Shown here piece after piece: positions 38,201 through 47,866 of a stretch of DNA of 64,000 bases. The position numbers and the translations under genes were made by a program. Origin of the DNA: a virus; the IMG/VR virus record IMGVR_UViG_3300005613_000035, positions 1-64,000 of that record. One strand, written 5' to 3'. Under the pieces are notes generated by a model that had not been told where the DNA came from, did no database searches, and saw only the letters and a program-made list of their open reading frames with translations. How positions within the stretch are numbered: position 1 is the stretch's first letter; each line of letters opens with the position of its first letter.

Positions 38201-40741
38201 TGGTTTACTTCTGCAATAACATTAAAGACAGGACAAACGTATGATTTCAAGTTAACATTATCAAGTACAACTAATGCTGTAAACTTTAGAATAATTGGTA
38301 GGCGTGAAACAGATAAGGTTTGGATTTCGTCTGTAACAGAATATTCTAAAACAAATGGTACACACACTCTGACTTTTTTATGTCCTGTCGGTGACTTTTA
38401 TGCATTAGGTTTAATAATAACTCCAAGCTATCACTGTATTCATGATTATACAATAGATGAAATATCTTTAACCAGAACATCTAAAGAGCACTATCATACT
38501 TGGAATGGAGTTGTAGAAAGCGGGCAATCGGCATTAACAGTATTATTAGAAATGTGCGAGTCGTTCAGGTGTTGGCCTATCTGGTATTCTGAAAAACTAA
38601 ACTTTGTAATAGATAGAGATACAACACCTATTCAAACAGTATCTATAGGAGATACTAAGGATTTCACACAGTCATTTACACCATTATCTGAAATACCTTA
38701 TATGGCTACTGCTCAATTTACAGATGAGAGTAGGCAATATGAATTAAGATCTATAATTTCCAGGTCTCCAATTACAGATTTAATTAAGGTAACTGAAAAA
38801 ACTGTTGGTCTAAAAGGTATAACTTCTATGGCTAAAGCTCAAAGAGAGCTAATATTTAAGCATAATAAAGCTACCAATTGTACTCGTAATATTTCATTTA
38901 AGTGCGGTCTAAATTTAATACATGGAGCACCTGGAGATATTATAAATGTTCAGAACGACTTACCACAATGGGGTTATGGTGGAAACATAATTGGGTACAC
39001 TTCTACACAGATTGTAATAGACTCCTCCTATACATTTACTAACACAGCTACTACAACTATAGAATACCAGGATTTAAGAAGTTCCCCATGTACAGCTACT
39101 ATAGTTAATCCTGGTTTTGGTGTTAGTACGCAAGTTTTGTCTATAGTAACATTAACAGGCAGTCCTTGTGATATGGCTTCTTTTTCTATAAACACTTCTG
39201 GCTATGAGTCTAGATCGTTTAGAATGGTACAAATAAATAGAACTGATGTAAACGAAGTTGAAATACAGGGACTAGAACATATACCAGCTATGTACGAAGA
39301 AGCAACTTTAACAAAATTCACATACCCCCCATATCCAGTACCTATAGATCCATATTCTATACCTAAAGCTCCTACAAGAATAAGTGTAGTTCAAGCAGGG
39401 TCAAGTACTGGATTTATAGTATCAGCTAAGCCAGACCCGTCTGATGTGCATGTGAAAGACATAGTTGTACAGATATGTGTTGAATTTATAGAAGGCCCTA
39501 TTCCCGGACCTCCTTGTAAATTTGAGACTATTGGAATTATACCTGTTGGTACAGATAGTATTACATATATGAATCCAGCATTAAAATTTAATGTATATTA
39601 CCCTTTCAGATTATTTTGTAGAACAGCATATAAGAGTGGCCCATATGCAGGAGCTAATGGAATGCTGACACAAAATTCATCAATTCCTGATTTATTTCCA
39701 CCTACTGGATTATGTATAAAAGGCGGTGCACCTAGTTCAAATACATTTTATGGCAAGGATGTAACTATAATTTGGAATTCTGTTTCATATAGAGGAGTTT
39801 CGGCGGAAGTACAGGGGTATAAAGTTGAAGTGTATTACATGGACAGCTTTATGGAAACAATATCACAAGATTGGGAAACAGGTGCTATAACTATAATAAC
39901 TAATTTTGGTAGTGGATTTTCTGGGATTGATCCTACCAGATTACTAAGAACATCTATTGTAAGTACTGAAGAATATACTTACACTTATGAGATGAATAAG
40001 AGTGACACTGGTGATACTGCTATAGATACTATTGTATTCGTTTTAAGAACCATACTTACTAACAATATGGAATCTGAAAATTATAGTTTTATAGTTGTAC
40101 GAAATGGAAATCCAGATCCTGTAACAGGATTGACAGCTACTGCCGGTATAAATTTAGTCAGAGCTTCTTGGAATCCAAACTCTGAGTCAGACTTAGCTAA
40201 CTATTATTGTGAAACTAAAGCGGGTCAGGGAAGTTGGTCTGGAAGCTATACAACAGATGTTTCATATACGAGGTATTTAACTAGTACAGAAATAGATAAC
40301 AATGTAGCTACTATATTTTTTAAGGTAACTCCCTTTGATGTATATGGTAACAATGCAGCAATTTCAGAAACGTATGCTGAAGTTTTGGATAACTCTTCTA
40401 CAGCTAAAAAGACTTTAGTTAGACATGGAGATAATATGTTATCCTCATACGAATTTGTAGCTACAGATCTAAATAAAATACATGTATTTATAAACGCACC
40501 GTTATGTGATTTAACTTTACCTATAGGTACTGTAAATGATGCTGGGGCATGGATTCAAATAAGAAAAAAGGGTGGTGGAGGTCTTGATATAAAGAGATCA
40601 GGTGCTAACACTATTCTAAATGATGTAGCTACTCATGTTACAAATACAGCAACGGATATTTGGTCTTATATTGATTTAGTTATGGAGAATGCAACAGTTT
40701 GGGGTGCTCAAGGTATGCTTGGTAAATGGGATGCTACATAG
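35291..40741 (+). CDS. Central tail tip protein (gpI+gpJ fusion) with inserted carbohydrate-binding-like and FN3 domains
   Basis: PELEGG ubiquitin-like gpI end, PIPVVYG, LCEGEI, YPNTALLG, C-terminal FN3. Confidence 0.88.
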   Translation: MAYVSFRNALDETSEFIQIDKKYLLDAAYEYARISDDSINTFILNKRVVLFLNDEVVPINSWNSRKVYDDDYIIIVPELEGGSLGGFLQIVAGVVIGVTTGRWDIAAAMILSGALGVVSNLLFQPDLPTSQVGGSRSTQTYNWSGIKTIARSDTPIPVVYGTHAVGGNVLSLYTDVTHDVSYLNMLIALCEGEIEGICQEFDHTEICTTSDKTGFKVKVLQEDEVSGVNTAAKVITPADCTGLTKAAGTLTIELKCSDPTAFESKVLRAAEVSSTQWPSTTFTPVDCTGLTKANGKFTIELKCSSPDALTCFTAIEVTSSGSYSSEMWYHELTEEDIELVSSTYRVFSWSMDDWVTKGGELDVTEIDYIRWYTSDLLDNCLLSWRNARVSWADYEAFTSPTYIELTSSGAPDTEEWYYELTSTDLAMLSSSYTTFSISMEDWVTQGGELDVTEIDYVRWYTADALGLTLYWRNAKVSWTDVDDPYVSPAIYIDDQPLRFYDELEWWYRKGVNLPDSTKSDYDPSYQNRIPNFDSIKVQYDDGRTVPAAPRHIEYITTKPVDMLILHFYTPQLYDASGGSFKDKEIRFKISYSTDGETYSDASPLIKNTYEPLLTAVDDWNTVYCTCDNYINSQYKYTPSDSYTIKVLNNNSNTDDFGLKHFDIFINVMNSNGDILINNQRIVNTLWMYKGIDFTYFPVFEYEIGLHFDVPVGAEYIVSSEIAQEIGTEVSIEGKTKTGLWRSIYLDFTTFGLPGREVYYIKMYRTDGGASTELTIANDLELNSVVETVYGEYIYPNTALLGLRIKATEQISGSPPNVVTILKGTKIEVPDLSEDDDFIDCYWDDVQERWECEGSERTWDEVTTTTEYCNNAILCVRDLLLSSRYGLGDYYTASDFDTPEIITAIKECHKYFDPFDAEEYLSWWSTGTDNDWLTWWGISDSTPEPLRSGVSYDASARTVTVDYTNCGSFVMWFTSAITLKTGQTYDFKLTLSSTTNAVNFRIIGRRETDKVWISSVTEYSKTNGTHTLTFLCPVGDFYALGLIITPSYHCIHDYTIDEISLTRTSKEHYHTWNGVVESGQSALTVLLEMCESFRCWPIWYSEKLNFVIDRDTTPIQTVSIGDTKDFTQSFTPLSEIPYMATAQFTDESRQYELRSIISRSPITDLIKVTEKTVGLKGITSMAKAQRELIFKHNKATNCTRNISFKCGLNLIHGAPGDIINVQNDLPQWGYGGNIIGYTSTQIVIDSSYTFTNTATTTIEYQDLRSSPCTATIVNPGFGVSTQVLSIVTLTGSPCDMASFSINTSGYESRSFRMVQINRTDVNEVEIQGLEHIPAMYEEATLTKFTYPPYPVPIDPYSIPKAPTRISVVQAGSSTGFIVSAKPDPSDVHVKDIVVQICVEFIEGPIPGPPCKFETIGIIPVGTDSITYMNPALKFNVYYPFRLFCRTAYKSGPYAGANGMLTQNSSIPDLFPPTGLCIKGGAPSSNTFYGKDVTIIWNSVSYRGVSAEVQGYKVEVYYMDSFMETISQDWETGAITIITNFGSGFSGIDPTRLLRTSIVSTEEYTYTYEMNKSDTGDTAIDTIVFVLRTILTNNMESENYSFIVVRNGNPDPVTGLTATAGINLVRASWNPNSESDLANYYCETKAGQGSWSGSYTTDVSYTRYLTSTEIDNNVATIFFKVTPFDVYGNNAAISETYAEVLDNSSTAKKTLVRHGDNMLSSYEFVATDLNKIHVFINAPLCDLTLPIGTVNDAGAWIQIRKKGGGGLDIKRSGANTILNDVATHVTNTATDIWSYIDLVMENATVWGAQGMLGKWDAT
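35940..36730 (+). repeat. Nested duplicated ~135-aa module in tail tip protein
   Basis: DCTGLTKA..TIELKCS occurs twice, then GGELDVTEIDY..WRNA.VSW twice; AGCTTTT at 36070 and 36475. Confidence 0.85.
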
Positions 40742-40752
40742 GAGGCTATAAT

Positions 40753-43434
40753 ATGTTTAAGAGATATACAATATTTATAATGTTGCTTGTATTTGGGTGC
40801 GTGACTACAGCGTATGGTCTTAATTTAGAAGTTGGAAAGACTTCATTCTTTAGACTTAAAGAAGACTCTTATGCTGGAAACTTTGATATACATGAAATAG
40901 ATGGGCTTTATGGTATTACAGATTCAACTTATATTGATATGGGAACAGGTAATGCAATATCAATAGGAACACCTGGAGATATAAATTTTGAATCAACTGC
41001 TGATGGCTTCAATTTTAATATGGATAATGATGCCGGGGATGATTTCATTATTGATATTACAAATTTTAAGCTTGTAGTTGAAGGGGATTCAGGTGAGGTA
41101 GGTATAGGATTAGAGGAACCAGCTTCATTACTTCATATTTATGCTGGAGAAAGTAATACATTAGCACATGATAATACCATTGTACAAATAGAAAACGATG
41201 ACCATTGCTATATTTCGATGTTAATACCAAATGATGGGGATAAATGGGCTGGAGTTATTGTAGGTGATGAAGATGATAATGATAGTGGTGGCTTCATATA
41301 TAATACTACAGATGATTTATTAGACTTTTATGCTGGCGGTACTAAAATAGTTGAAGTAACAGCTACTGATTTGACTATAAATGGTGAAGCTAAATTAGAT
41401 GCTTATACTAGTATGGGGTCTGATAATGCATCCCTTGCTACTAAGTACTATGTGGATAATAATAGTGGTTCCGGTGATTCATGGGGGGATGCTGTAGATT
41501 CCGACATCCTGCCAACCGGAAATGACAATACTTATGACCTTGGGAGCGAAGCAGCTTCGTTTGCGGATGTTTGGTGGGATGGTACAGGGCACGGAGCGTT
41601 GACAGGCAATGTAACGGGCAATTGTTCAGGCTCTTCGGGATCATGTACCGGCAATGCAGCTACCGTAACCAACGGGGTTTATACCACTGACAATTTAGGG
41701 GCTTTAGCTTCTACAACATCTGCTCAATTAGCCGGGGTCTTGTCAGATGAGACAGGAGCTGAACTAGTTGTTTTCTCCAGCGAGCCAATATTTAAGAATG
41801 TCGCGGAGGCTGCCTCATCTATTTACATCATAGGGAACGGATCAACCAAGGATGCTTATGTTGTATTAGTTGACACCGATGGCAATGGTTGGGAGTTTCA
41901 AAATGATGATTCAGAAGATGAGCTTGTATTGCTAAACGCAGCTTCTGAAGTAGGGACTCAAAGGTTTACTTTTACCAAGGACGGAAATTTGATTTTCGGT
42001 GGGGCTACACCAGACGAACATGAATTAACTTTTGTCATTACCGATCCAACGGATACAAGAACAGTAACATTTGATGATAATAATGTCAATTTTAGTGACA
42101 CAACTGAAGATTATGTTTTGACTTACAATGCTTCTACCAGGACATGGGCAGGGGAGGCTTCATCGGGTGGAGGTAGTATGAACGATCTTGTTGACGACCT
42201 AACCCCTCAGCTTGGTGGCGACTTAGATCTTAATGGACACGGCATAACTTATTCCGGTGATGTTGACATTGAATCAACCGGGGCCGGGGTAAACATAAAT
42301 TTACACTCTGATGCGGGGGACGACTTTGCTGTTGACACATCTAAGTTTCTTGTGAGCGGTGACACTGGATATATAGGTGCTGGAACGGCTGACCCTGAAT
42401 ATGCTATTCATTATAAAGGTGGTGAATTTGATGATCCACTCTTAATGCTTGAAACTACTAAAGAAAATGGACAATGTTCTATGGCGTTTAAAAATGATGC
42501 TCAAACATGGGTTATTAAAATGAAGTCGTCAGACCAATTAGCATTTTATGACGCTACCAATTCAAAAACTCCATTAGAAATTACGCCATCTACTCAATTA
42601 GCCGAATTTGGCGGTAACGTCGGCATAGGTGTAACCCCCGAAGAACTCCTTCATGTAAAAGACACGAGCGCAAACTCTGACCCCGCCATACAGCTTGAAA
42701 ACGATGCTGCAAAGTTTAAATGGACAGTTTACGGGTCTGATTCTGACCAACTTAAATTGCAATGGTGGCAAGGATCATACTGGTCTGATATATACGAAGC
42801 AACAGATAATCAAATTGAAGTGGGAGAAGTAGCACTATACAATCAAACTTCAGCTCCAACAATGTTTTTTAATGCTCATTATGATCCAGTCTCAGCAAGA
42901 AATGAGTTTATAACAACAGATTCAGCATTTGGCACATGGCATGATCAAACAAACGATAAATATGTTATTGGGTATGCTTCAGGATCAGCAGGTGCTCTTA
43001 TAACTCCTACAAACGGATTTGAATTAGACACATCAGGTAATGTAACTATTCCTAGTTCTTTAAGTGCTGGTCTTACAAATTATATAACAAGTACTTTAAA
43101 TGACACTGTAACAGCTCATGTTATGTTAAGTAAAGAGTTAAGAAATACTATAATTTCAAATTACGGATCAACAACTGATAATCACTATAATTTTATGGCT
43201 CGTGAAGCAGGTTGGAATGTCACTTTTATTAAAGAGAACGACTCATATGATATGTATTTAGAACCAAATGGTAGTGAAAACTGGTGGTTTAGAACTAATG
43301 GTTTAACATATGAACAAGTTGGTGCTGGCGTAAGTATTAAAAATATAACTTCGGGAAGATCTGAAATTTTTGTGTATTCTACTACAACAGGTGTTTATTG
43401 TAGCGGTGATGCAAATTGGGAGATTGGCTCATAA
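40753..43434 (+). CDS. Tail fiber-like protein with N-terminal signal peptide
   Basis: GxVGIG..P...LH fiber repeats, ATKYYVD, DLTPQLGGDLDLNG. Confidence 0.78.
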   Translation: MFKRYTIFIMLLVFGCVTTAYGLNLEVGKTSFFRLKEDSYAGNFDIHEIDGLYGITDSTYIDMGTGNAISIGTPGDINFESTADGFNFNMDNDAGDDFIIDITNFKLVVEGDSGEVGIGLEEPASLLHIYAGESNTLAHDNTIVQIENDDHCYISMLIPNDGDKWAGVIVGDEDDNDSGGFIYNTTDDLLDFYAGGTKIVEVTATDLTINGEAKLDAYTSMGSDNASLATKYYVDNNSGSGDSWGDAVDSDILPTGNDNTYDLGSEAASFADVWWDGTGHGALTGNVTGNCSGSSGSCTGNAATVTNGVYTTDNLGALASTTSAQLAGVLSDETGAELVVFSSEPIFKNVAEAASSIYIIGNGSTKDAYVVLVDTDGNGWEFQNDDSEDELVLLNAASEVGTQRFTFTKDGNLIFGGATPDEHELTFVITDPTDTRTVTFDDNNVNFSDTTEDYVLTYNASTRTWAGEASSGGGSMNDLVDDLTPQLGGDLDLNGHGITYSGDVDIESTGAGVNINLHSDAGDDFAVDTSKFLVSGDTGYIGAGTADPEYAIHYKGGEFDDPLLMLETTKENGQCSMAFKNDAQTWVIKMKSSDQLAFYDATNSKTPLEITPSTQLAEFGGNVGIGVTPEELLHVKDTSANSDPAIQLENDAAKFKWTVYGSDSDQLKLQWWQGSYWSDIYEATDNQIEVGEVALYNQTSAPTMFFNAHYDPVSARNEFITTDSAFGTWHDQTNDKYVIGYASGSAGALITPTNGFELDTSGNVTIPSSLSAGLTNYITSTLNDTVTAHVMLSKELRNTIISNYGSTTDNHYNFMAREAGWNVTFIKENDSYDMYLEPNGSENWWFRTNGLTYEQVGAGVSIKNITSGRSEIFVYSTTTGVYCSGDANWEIGS

Positions 43435-46394
43435 TGAAAAATATATTTAAAAATACAATATGCATACTAATATATTGTCTACTACTTGTCTTTTTTAATT
43501 CTACAGCTAATGCAGGATTTAACTTCTACAATTCTGGGCTAAGTATTCCATACTTAGATATTCCAGATGGAAAAGATACTGTTGGAGGAACTACATATTG
43601 GAAAGCAGAGTTTACAAGTAGTAGTTTTATTAATGCTGCTGGAGAAGAATACGTTTATTTTGTGAATAACGTTGAACCAAAATCCAATGTATATCTAAAT
43701 ATTAGGGAAACAGATAGTTCTTGGAGATATACTGATAGTCTTTTAGTAGTGCCTTCTACTTCTTTACCTGCATACGGCGGTGCTTCTGGTGGTTACTGTT
43801 CATTAGGAGATGTCTTATATAGCAGTTCAGCTATATTTAAAGCACCAACTGGAACGTATTATAAATATGTAATGTACTTAATACACCAACCTATGTGTTG
43901 TATTCCAGGATCAATGGGCGGATTATTTGCTTCATTTTCTAATAATGGTATAGATTGGGTAACTGATCCTGCAACAAGCGCATTTTGGGAAGTAACATAT
44001 ACCGGCTGTCCTACTGTTACTTGTTTTTCTAGTCATAACATTATAGAAGTTGAGGGTATTGGTGCTGTTACTGATGGGTCAGTAATAAAAATAGTTTATA
44101 TTACAGGAGAAGTAGCAGAATATGCTGATAGCGAACATGAAACTATGGCATATATTTTAACAAGCACTGTTGCATCCCCAACATCCTTTACTCGATCAGC
44201 AACTCAAGTATCGGAAAAAGGGATATATGCACCGAATCATCCAGATATTAATTTTGATTATAAATACTTTATTAACATGGGTATGGCATATGATGATGTA
44301 AATGATTATTTTTATATAGGAAGAGCTATGCCCTATGGTGCAGATCCCTTTGGTGGTTCAGGGTATCCAACTACTTGTCAACCTAGTTGTCTAACAGGCA
44401 CTTCAACATATCCTACTAGAATTCAAATTTATAGAATGGGTTCTATAACTTCAGTATCAAATATAGACACTATTCTTACAGGGGCATGGGAACCTATTGT
44501 TGATATTGGTAATAAAGGCGGGTATAAATCTGGTGTAGGATGCTCTCAACTTGAACTCCAAACAGGTCAAAAAAACGTTAATTTAGATTTAGAAACTATA
44601 AATTTTCTTAGAGATGGATATGGAAATTTACATTCAAAAGGTGAAGTTAAGGTAGCAACAGCTCATTCTGGCTATAACATGACAGGTACTGATTGTTCAG
44701 TAGACGATGTAGAATATTTTGGATTTGTTGTTAGCGCTAGAGAAAGTGCTGGGGATTTTATTGAAGATGTTTATGATTATTGTAACTTTGTTGATGTTGG
44801 GTCAGCAAGTACTGATCCTACTACTAGAGCTAATAATGATGTAATTTTAATTGCTAAAGCTGCTAGTTACGGGTTAAAAACAGTACTTCATCTTGAAACA
44901 TTATTATTTAATTATACTCTTAATCCAGATGGTACAGTATATTCAGTAAGTAGGAGAGCAGATTATACAACTCGATGGGCTACTTATGCCTCCATTATAG
45001 CGCCTTATATAGATAACATTTTAATGTTTATGGTTAGTGATGAACCATATAATACTGGTTGTCACACAGCTACTGTTCCAGTATCTGAAGCAACTATGAA
45101 AACATGGTTAGAGTCTATGCCTACTTTAATTAAAGCAACTTTTTCAGATGCAAAACTAGGACAAGTTTATGCGTATCCTTCTATGCTAACTGGGTATAGT
45201 ACAAATCCAGCAACTTCTAGAAATACAAGTTTTGAAATTCCTGATGGATATGATTACGTTGGATTTATTATGCTATATCCATCCTTTAGAGCAAGCGGTT
45301 ATTATTCAGCTACTAAACATGCTGGTTTTGAAGCAGATTATCATACCATAGGTTCATATTTTTTAGATGAGGTATCATATTATCATAAATTAATTGTTGT
45401 TCCTGGGTCTTTTTATTACAATAGTACACCAGTACCACAATCTGAATTAGTAGAAGATGGGGAGTTCTTTGTTGAACTTGCAGAAAATGATGATACAATT
45501 AAAGTTGTTGCACCCTTTCTTTATGCAACTTATGATGGTAAAACTGGAGTTGAAAATCTATCTACAGTTAGAACTTATTGGCAAACTGCTGGTCCTGAAT
45601 TATTACATAAAAAAGACACTTTTCATGAAGGAGTTTATAGATTTAAACTAAGTGATTGTGACTATAATTCAGGTATAGATTTCACACAGTATTCTAGTTG
45701 TATGGGTGCTTGGTATATGGTAAGTAATTATTCTCCAAGTTATCCTGCGTATGAGCCAGACCAATCAGGTGAAGGTGGTATACTATATAATACAAGTACT
45801 ATTTCAAATTCTTCTACTGTTCCTTACAATTATTCAGGAACTAGTAGACTATGGAATGCTACAGAATGCTTATGGCACGAAGATGGTAAAAGCACTGATA
45901 TTTCAGGATCAACTATGTCATTTTTTGCTTGGATTAAATTCACATCTGACCCAAGTGATCAAGCAACTGTTGTTGCTAAATGGTCAACTTTAGCAGGTCA
46001 ATGGCAATATTCTTTCATGCATTATCATGCTGCAAATGCAATGGTAGCTTTCATATCGAATGATGGATCAAGTGTTACATATGCTCAAGGAGCTACAGAT
46101 CTTGCAGATGATACTGACTGGCATCATGTTGGATTTGTAGTTGATGGTTCTAACATAACTGTATATGTTGATGGTTGGGTAGATTCCAACGGTGCGTTAA
46201 ATCCAAAAGCATATTCTGGCGGTATATTTAATGGTAACGATAATTTTACAATAGGTTGTGCCAGTGATCAAAGTAGGGAACCGTTTCCTGGATATATAGA
46301 TGATGTAATTATATTTGATACTGCACTAACTCCTACTGAAGTGTACGAATTATACTATAGAGGAACTTCAGGTAACAAAGGTGGAGATGATTAA
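43434..46394 (+). CDS. Multidomain protein: signal peptide, beta-rich domain, GH-like TIM barrel, C-terminal LamG
   Basis: SDEPY in the barrel; WIK, WHHVGFV, YVDG and GYIDDVIIFDTALT LamG motifs. Confidence 0.75.
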   Translation: MKNIFKNTICILIYCLLLVFFNSTANAGFNFYNSGLSIPYLDIPDGKDTVGGTTYWKAEFTSSSFINAAGEEYVYFVNNVEPKSNVYLNIRETDSSWRYTDSLLVVPSTSLPAYGGASGGYCSLGDVLYSSSAIFKAPTGTYYKYVMYLIHQPMCCIPGSMGGLFASFSNNGIDWVTDPATSAFWEVTYTGCPTVTCFSSHNIIEVEGIGAVTDGSVIKIVYITGEVAEYADSEHETMAYILTSTVASPTSFTRSATQVSEKGIYAPNHPDINFDYKYFINMGMAYDDVNDYFYIGRAMPYGADPFGGSGYPTTCQPSCLTGTSTYPTRIQIYRMGSITSVSNIDTILTGAWEPIVDIGNKGGYKSGVGCSQLELQTGQKNVNLDLETINFLRDGYGNLHSKGEVKVATAHSGYNMTGTDCSVDDVEYFGFVVSARESAGDFIEDVYDYCNFVDVGSASTDPTTRANNDVILIAKAASYGLKTVLHLETLLFNYTLNPDGTVYSVSRRADYTTRWATYASIIAPYIDNILMFMVSDEPYNTGCHTATVPVSEATMKTWLESMPTLIKATFSDAKLGQVYAYPSMLTGYSTNPATSRNTSFEIPDGYDYVGFIMLYPSFRASGYYSATKHAGFEADYHTIGSYFLDEVSYYHKLIVVPGSFYYNSTPVPQSELVEDGEFFVELAENDDTIKVVAPFLYATYDGKTGVENLSTVRTYWQTAGPELLHKKDTFHEGVYRFKLSDCDYNSGIDFTQYSSCMGAWYMVSNYSPSYPAYEPDQSGEGGILYNTSTISNSSTVPYNYSGTSRLWNATECLWHEDGKSTDISGSTMSFFAWIKFTSDPSDQATVVAKWSTLAGQWQYSFMHYHAANAMVAFISNDGSSVTYAQGATDLADDTDWHHVGFVVDGSNITVYVDGWVDSNGALNPKAYSGGIFNGNDNFTIGCASDQSREPFPGYIDDVIIFDTALTPTEVYELYYRGTSGNKGGDD

Positions 46395-46397
46395 AGA

Positions 46398-46757
46398 GTG
46401 ATACATATAAAAGATAGTTTAGTATTAGTGTCGCTTTTTCAAGTTAAGTATGACACAACTCTAGTTAATATTTTGACAGAATTGGATATTAAATATCCAG
46501 ATCACGTAGTTATTACTTGTGGCTATAGAAAGGGGGATAAAGGTGTTCATGGTAGTATTCCATGTAGAGGTGTAGATATTAGATCCTGGGTTTTCAAAAA
46601 CCCAGTTTCTGTGTGTAACTATATTAACTCAAATTGGGAGTATGACTTCAACCGTCCTGAAAAATTTGTAGCTCTATTACATACTGCAGGATCAGGTACA
46701 CACATCCACCTACAAACTCATCCAAATACAAGGCGTAGGCTTCAATGGGCTATTTAA
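46398..46757 (+). CDS. Peptidase M15-like endolysin
   Basis: ITCGYR, H-x(7)-DIR, HIHLQ. Confidence 0.75.
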   Translation: MIHIKDSLVLVSLFQVKYDTTLVNILTELDIKYPDHVVITCGYRKGDKGVHGSIPCRGVDIRSWVFKNPVSVCNYINSNWEYDFNRPEKFVALLHTAGSGTHIHLQTHPNTRRRLQWAI

Positions 46758-46779
46758 AGTAGTTTAAGGAGATAATACA

Positions 46780-47832
46780 ATGAAAAGAATTATAGTAGTA
46801 CTAAGTGTTTTTGTAATGTCAGCTAGTTGTTATGCTTTAAATTGGGATTATACAGAAAATAAAACGAAGTTCTGTAGTCACGGTACAAACATTAAACATT
46901 TTGGATTCATTAAAAGCGGAAGACCTCCAGTTTCTATAGAAAATGTATCTAGGTATACTGATTGGGTAGATGTTGGTGATAATAGTATTACAGATCCTGT
47001 TGAAAGAGCACAGTCTGATCTTAATACAATTATTGAAGCTTCAAGTTATAATTTAAAATCTGTAGTGCAGGTGGATGAAATCTTCTTTGAGTACCTTTTT
47101 AATGGAGATACTTTTGAAGGTGTTGTGTTACGCAGTAATTATATTGATAGATGGCTTGTGTACTCAGATATTATTGCACCAAATATAGATGATATACTCA
47201 TGTTTCTTACGTTAGATGAACCATATTGGGCAGGGTGTGGGGCAGCAGGAAGTCCAGTACAGGAAACAACTATGAAGGAATGGCTTGAAAGTGTTGCAGC
47301 ATGTATAAAAACTACATTTCCAACTGTTAAGTTAGGACAAGTGTATGCTTATGTATCTATGCTAGAAAATTATTCGTCAAATCCAACATCTCCTAAAAGT
47401 GAAACATTCTCTATACCAGAAGGATATGACTATGTTGGATTTGATATGTTTTATAGTTCATTTAGAGCTAATGGCTATTATGAAGTAGAAAAATATGCTG
47501 GATTTATATCTGATTTTACAACATTATATACTTATTTTAAGAATGTAGTTAGTGGAGCACACAAGTTAATAATCATACCCGGATCTTTTTACCATGATTT
47601 TTTTGAAGTATCAGAAGCAGAGCTACTTCAGGATGCATATTTCTTTATGGATCTGGCAAGAAATGATCCACAAATTGAAGTACTTGCACCATTCTTATAT
47701 AAAACTTGTTATAACATGGTAGGTATTGAAGATTTATACTTTGTAGATACTTATTGGAAACATATTGGAAAGCAGATTTTACATTGCATTCCAAGTCCTA
47801 TATATATGATACTAATGTACTTATCCGATTAA
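46780..47832 (+). CDS. Secreted GH-like protein, paralog of the central domain of 43434..46394
   Basis: Signal peptide; shared DEPY, LGQVYAY, IP.GYDYVGF, PGSFY and APFLY motifs. Confidence 0.75.
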   Translation: MKRIIVVLSVFVMSASCYALNWDYTENKTKFCSHGTNIKHFGFIKSGRPPVSIENVSRYTDWVDVGDNSITDPVERAQSDLNTIIEASSYNLKSVVQVDEIFFEYLFNGDTFEGVVLRSNYIDRWLVYSDIIAPNIDDILMFLTLDEPYWAGCGAAGSPVQETTMKEWLESVAACIKTTFPTVKLGQVYAYVSMLENYSSNPTSPKSETFSIPEGYDYVGFDMFYSSFRANGYYEVEKYAGFISDFTTLYTYFKNVVSGAHKLIIIPGSFYHDFFEVSEAELLQDAYFFMDLARNDPQIEVLAPFLYKTCYNMVGIEDLYFVDTYWKHIGKQILHCIPSPIYMILMYLSD

Positions 47833-47866
47833 TGACAAACAAAATAAATAGCTGGAGGAATATATA

